Assembly (NCBI GenBank): GCA_002269645.1
Contig: NIVC01001577.1
Coordinates: 1 to 56,685 of the forward strand
Length of the DNA stretch: 56,685 nt
DNA from: Macrostomum lignano
Lineage: Eukaryota
Reading direction: 5' to 3'
Position 1 is the first letter of the stretch; every line of letters starts with the position of its first letter. This document shows positions 52,758-56,685 of the stretch, one piece after another. The position numbers were made by a program, and so were the translations under genes. Below the pieces are notes generated by a model that ran no database searches, had not been told where the DNA came from, and saw only the letters and a list, made by a program, of their open reading frames with translations.

Positions 52758-53662
52758 ATGACGGACAGTGCAAGCAACAATTCCGCTCCTACACCACCTA
52801 CAACCACGCAAGCCGCACCAAGTTCGGCCGCACCAGTGGTTACAACTGCAGTAGGAAACGCCGCCGACACCGCTATAGTCTCCCTGGCCCACCTGAAGCT
52901 GCCAATCTTCTATCGCAACAACCCGGAAGCATGGTTCCTCACGCTGGAGGCCCAGTTTATGCTCAACAGGGTGACCAACGAGACCGCCAAATTTTACCAC
53001 CTAGTCTCTCATCTACCGGAGGATATCGCGGCTCTGCACTTGTCCGCTCAGACTCCAAAACAGTACGAACAACTGAAATCAGCGATTACATCGACTCTGC
53101 AAAAGTCCAAGCAGGAGAAGGTTTCGGAAGTATTGCAAGTCTCGGACCTCGGAGGAGACAAGCCATCAATCTTCATGCGCAAACTCCGGAGCAAGATGGA
53201 GCAGTGCCAGATACAGCCCGACGAGGATCTCCTCAAGGCCACTCTGATGCGCTGTCTTCCACAGGACCTTCGTATCGCACTGTCGGGATTCCAACAGCAG
53301 TCATCCCAGCAAATTTCCGAGATTTCTGACTCGATGTTGGTCGTCAGAGGCCTTAGCTCTCCATCGCCAGCGACAGTTTGCCCAATTCAGCAGGCCGGTG
53401 CAGATAGGACACCCAACAGCGCTTTGAGCAAGCTCCACACCGACAAGCACCTGGTAAGCCCACTGGAACAGACCCATTTAAGCCTGGCCAACGCCCCGTC
53501 GTTTGCCGCTCACACCTCTACTATGGCCGCCGTGCTCGGTCGTGTCGCCCCTGGTGCCAGTTTCCCAAGGACAGCTCGCGTCCGATCCGAGTGCTGCATC
53601 CCAATGAAAAAACGCCATCTCAGTCGCGTTCATCATCACCTTCTCGACAGCCGGAAAACTAA
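52758..53662 (+). CDS. gag: Gypsy gag with one frameshift near 53405
   Basis: [22 protein letters not shown]-terminal motif; in the shifted frame [18 protein letters not shown] (C-X2-H-X9-C-X3-C), ending CCG GAA AAC TAA. Confidence 0.85.
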
Positions 53663-56600
53663 ATCGCACTGCGACCGAGGTCGCGGTGCGCAGTGCCGAG
53701 ATACCATCGACCACCTGTTTGGAGTTAGATGTTAAAATCAACAATACCTACAGCAAGTTTCTTGTGGATACCGGAGCCTCGGTTTCCATTGTTCCACCTC
53801 ACCTCGTTAATGCACTCGTTCAAGATACAAACGTTCGTTTAATTACTGCTACCGGAGCCGCCATACCAGTTCGCGGGTCGGTCCTACTGGATGTCTCAAT
53901 CCGCGGTTTGCGTCGCGCCTTCCAGTGGACCTTCCTCGTGGCGTCAGTGGTGAAACCCATAATTGGTTACGATTTCTTGGCTCACCATGGGTTAGTTGTC
54001 GATTGTCAGCGCAAACACGTTCGAGACTCAGAAACAGGACTGTCTACTGTTACCTTGTCAATTTCAAATGTTCATTGTGGCCCATTCACTGTGTCGGTAG
54101 AACTGCCACCCAACCTGGATTCTCGGACGAGTACGCTGTTGACAAAGTTTGCAGATTGTTTTTCTTTCGTTGAAGGCGGAGCCCTTCCGCCAGCTTCAGA
54201 GGTCAAGCATGACACTGTTCACCGGCTAGACACTGGTAGTGGACAACCAATTCACTTGCGACCCCGGCAACTGCACCCTGCAAAACTACAGGCTGCAAAG
54301 CAGGAGTTTCAGCAGCTAATCGATGCTGGCTACCTCAGACCTTCCTCAAGCGCTTGGGCGTCACCCCTCCACATGGCACCCAAGGGAGCTGGCTGGCGTC
54401 CGTGCGGTGACTATCGCGAATTGAACAAACGAACAAAGCCGGACAACTATCCGGTTCCACACATTCAAACATTCACTCGGTACCTACACGGAAGCACTGT
54501 GTTTTCAAAGTTAGACCTTGTTCGCGCCTTTCATCAAATTCCAGTCGCCGAAGAGGATATTTGCAAAACCGCTATCACCACACCGTTTGGATTGTTCGAG
54601 TACACACGCATGCCCTTCGGCCTGAGGAATGCAGCACAAACATTTCAACGCTTCATCGACTCTGTTTTTCACGGACTGTCATTCGTCATCTCTTACATCG
54701 ATGATGTCCTGATATTCTCAAAGACTCGTGAGGACCACTACTCGCATTTGGAACAAGTTTTGGACCGCCTAAGAACACACGGCCTACAGGTTCATTTGAA
54801 GAAGTGCGAATTCTTTCAGTCCGAGGTAGATTTCCTTGGCCATCGCGTGACTCCTGAAGGAATAAAACCTCTCCAGAAGAAGATCCAAATAATCACTGAC
54901 TGGCCGACACCCACGGATTCGAATGCACTTCGGCGCTTCCTCGGTGTCGTCGGTTTCTACCGTCGATTCGTTCCCAACTTTGCCGACCGCATCTGTCCGC
55001 TGCAAGACCTACTCACTGCATCACTACAGTCAGCAGGAAACTTCCAATGGACAGAGCAGCATCAGAAATCTTTCGAAAACATCAAACAAGCTCTCTCAGA
55101 GAGACTACTGCTGCATCATCCGGACCCCAACTGTACTGCGTACCACCTGTACACTGATGCCTCAGCCGACTGTGTTGGTGCCGTTCTGCATCAAACCTCT
55201 TCAACCGGAACGTCACCTCTTGGCATGTTCAGCAAGAAGTTGTCGTCATCTCAAAGGATGTACAGCACGTTCGACCGAGAACTACTCGCGGCGTACCTGG
55301 CAGTGTTGCACTTCCGCAGCCTCATTGAAGGACTGAGCGTGACCTTGTTCACCGATCATAAACCACTAGCTCAGGCCTTCCACGCCAATCGCACCACTAC
55401 GTCAGATCGCAATCAGCGCTACTTGACCGTCTTGTCCGAGTACGTGGCAGATGTCCAGTACATTCGCGGTGCAGACAACGTAATAGCTGATGCCCTTTCT
55501 CGACTGCCTGACTTCCCAGTGAATGATCACGTGTCCAACATCGCAACAGTCGCTGTAGTCGCTGCCCCATCAAGCCAATTCCCTGTTGATTTGCCCAGTA
55601 TCGCTGAAGCACAACGACCGGAGTCGTTCTCAGCTGCACCAAATATTCGATCGTATTCTCTGGACAAAGACGTCGTCGTTTGGTGTGAGACGTCAACGCC
55701 GTATCCTCGCCCGATCATTCCGCCGTCCCTCCGCGACGCCGTGATTGCTTCCTTCCATCGACTTGGTCATTTCGGCTACCGTAAAACAGCAAAACTCATC
55801 ACAGAACGTTACTTTTGGCCCGGAATGCGCAAGTCCATCAAGACCTACTGCTGGAACTGCCAGGACTGCCAACGGAGTAAAGTCACTCGCCACACTGTCT
55901 CCCGCAACAGGCCTTCGCATTACCATCAAATCGCTTTTGAGGCGGTACACATCGATATTGTGGGACCACTTCCACCAGCTAATGCTACCACCTTTGGCCA
56001 CCAGTCTGCTCGCTACCTTCTCACGATGGTCGACCGCTCGACTGGCTGGCTAGAAGCTACACCACTGGAATCAATAACCGCGGAAGTAGTCGCCCATGCA
56101 TTCGTCTCGTCTTGGGTCTCGCGCTACGGAGTGCCACTGTATGTAATCACTGATCGGGGGCGCCAGTTCGAATCAGAATTCTTTCACTCGGTCTCGTCAT
56201 CAATTGGTTTTCATCGATTACGCACAACGGCCTACCACCCTCAAACCAATGGCAAGGTCGAGCGAGCCCATCGCACCCTGAAGACGATGCTACGTGCTCG
56301 AGGCAATGACTGGCTGACAGACCTACCTGTGGCTCTCCTCGCGATGCACGTCGCACCTGACGACCAAGGAATATCACCGTTCACCAGGGTTACGGGCGAG
56401 CTTCCGATGGTTCCGCGCATTCTAACTTCTGAACCACTCGCCCCAACGGACATTCGGACACGGCTGCAGGAACTGCTGACAGAGTTACCGAGTCCACACG
56501 CGAAGACGCACGAACCACGGAGCTACGTACCAAGGACCTGGAAATGGCTGAATTCGTCTGGGTTCGGGTCGATCGCGTGCGGTCGCCTCGAGGCGCCGTA

Positions 56601-56685
56601 CTCAGGGCCGTATCGCGTGAAACAGCGAACTGACAAGTTCTTCGTTATTCCTCTACCGTCAGGCAACACCGAATCTGTCTCTATC
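53653..56685 (+). CDS. pol: Gypsy pol (protease, RT, RNase H, integrase), open to the window end
   Basis: [68 protein letters not shown] zinc finger, [25 protein letters not shown]. No stop found by manual translation; absent from the ORF track, probably because it has no stop inside the window. Confidence 0.95.

Larger units (their letters stand above)
52696..56685 (+). mobile_element. Ty3/Gypsy LTR retrotransposon (CsRn1-like), truncated by the window end
   Basis: PBS-like TGGTCCGGTGAGGCGG just after ...ACTACA; gag and pol in PR-RT-RH-IN order. The 5' LTR ends at about 52692; its start (possibly TGTAGT at 52260) cannot be checked without the 3' LTR. Confidence 0.93.

Noticed and set aside
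54784-56453. Short ORFs overlapping Gypsy pol on both strands
   Set aside because: Shadow frames of the long pol ORF with no independent motifs.

Overview
Animal (invertebrate) genomic DNA with spliceosomal introns. GC-rich polyQ exons and minisatellite-packed introns resemble a flatworm such as Macrostomum, but this is an impression, not an identification. Genes reconstructed by hand: FoxN2/3 forkhead factor (minus, 431-4282), an intronless atypical Rho GTPase (10200-10796), two Rac1-like paralogues (14135-14803, 42697-44011), cyclin Y (minus, 18081-21354), a USP8-like deubiquitinase (minus, 23837-34330), a CUB/SRCR-like gene fragment and a small mucin-like membrane protein. Mobile DNA includes mariner remnants, MITEs, a tRNA-derived SINE family, LINE fragments, a hAT remnant and a Ty3/Gypsy element whose pol frame is open to the window end. 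Two large-scale patterns stand out. (1) Transposon-rich blocks (about 4.6-7.9 kb and 35.5-42.5 kb) show C-to-T hypermutation on both strands that goes beyond CpG; it is readable against conserved references (mariner catalytic motifs, a 28S rRNA fragment) and resembles fungal RIP. These blocks are also peppered with TAGGCCTA-type micro-insertions. (2) Almost every intron longer than about 100 bp holds its own minisatellite array, several array families recur in unrelated genes, and one fills an intron present in only one of the two Rac paralogues. All counts and alignments were done by eye.
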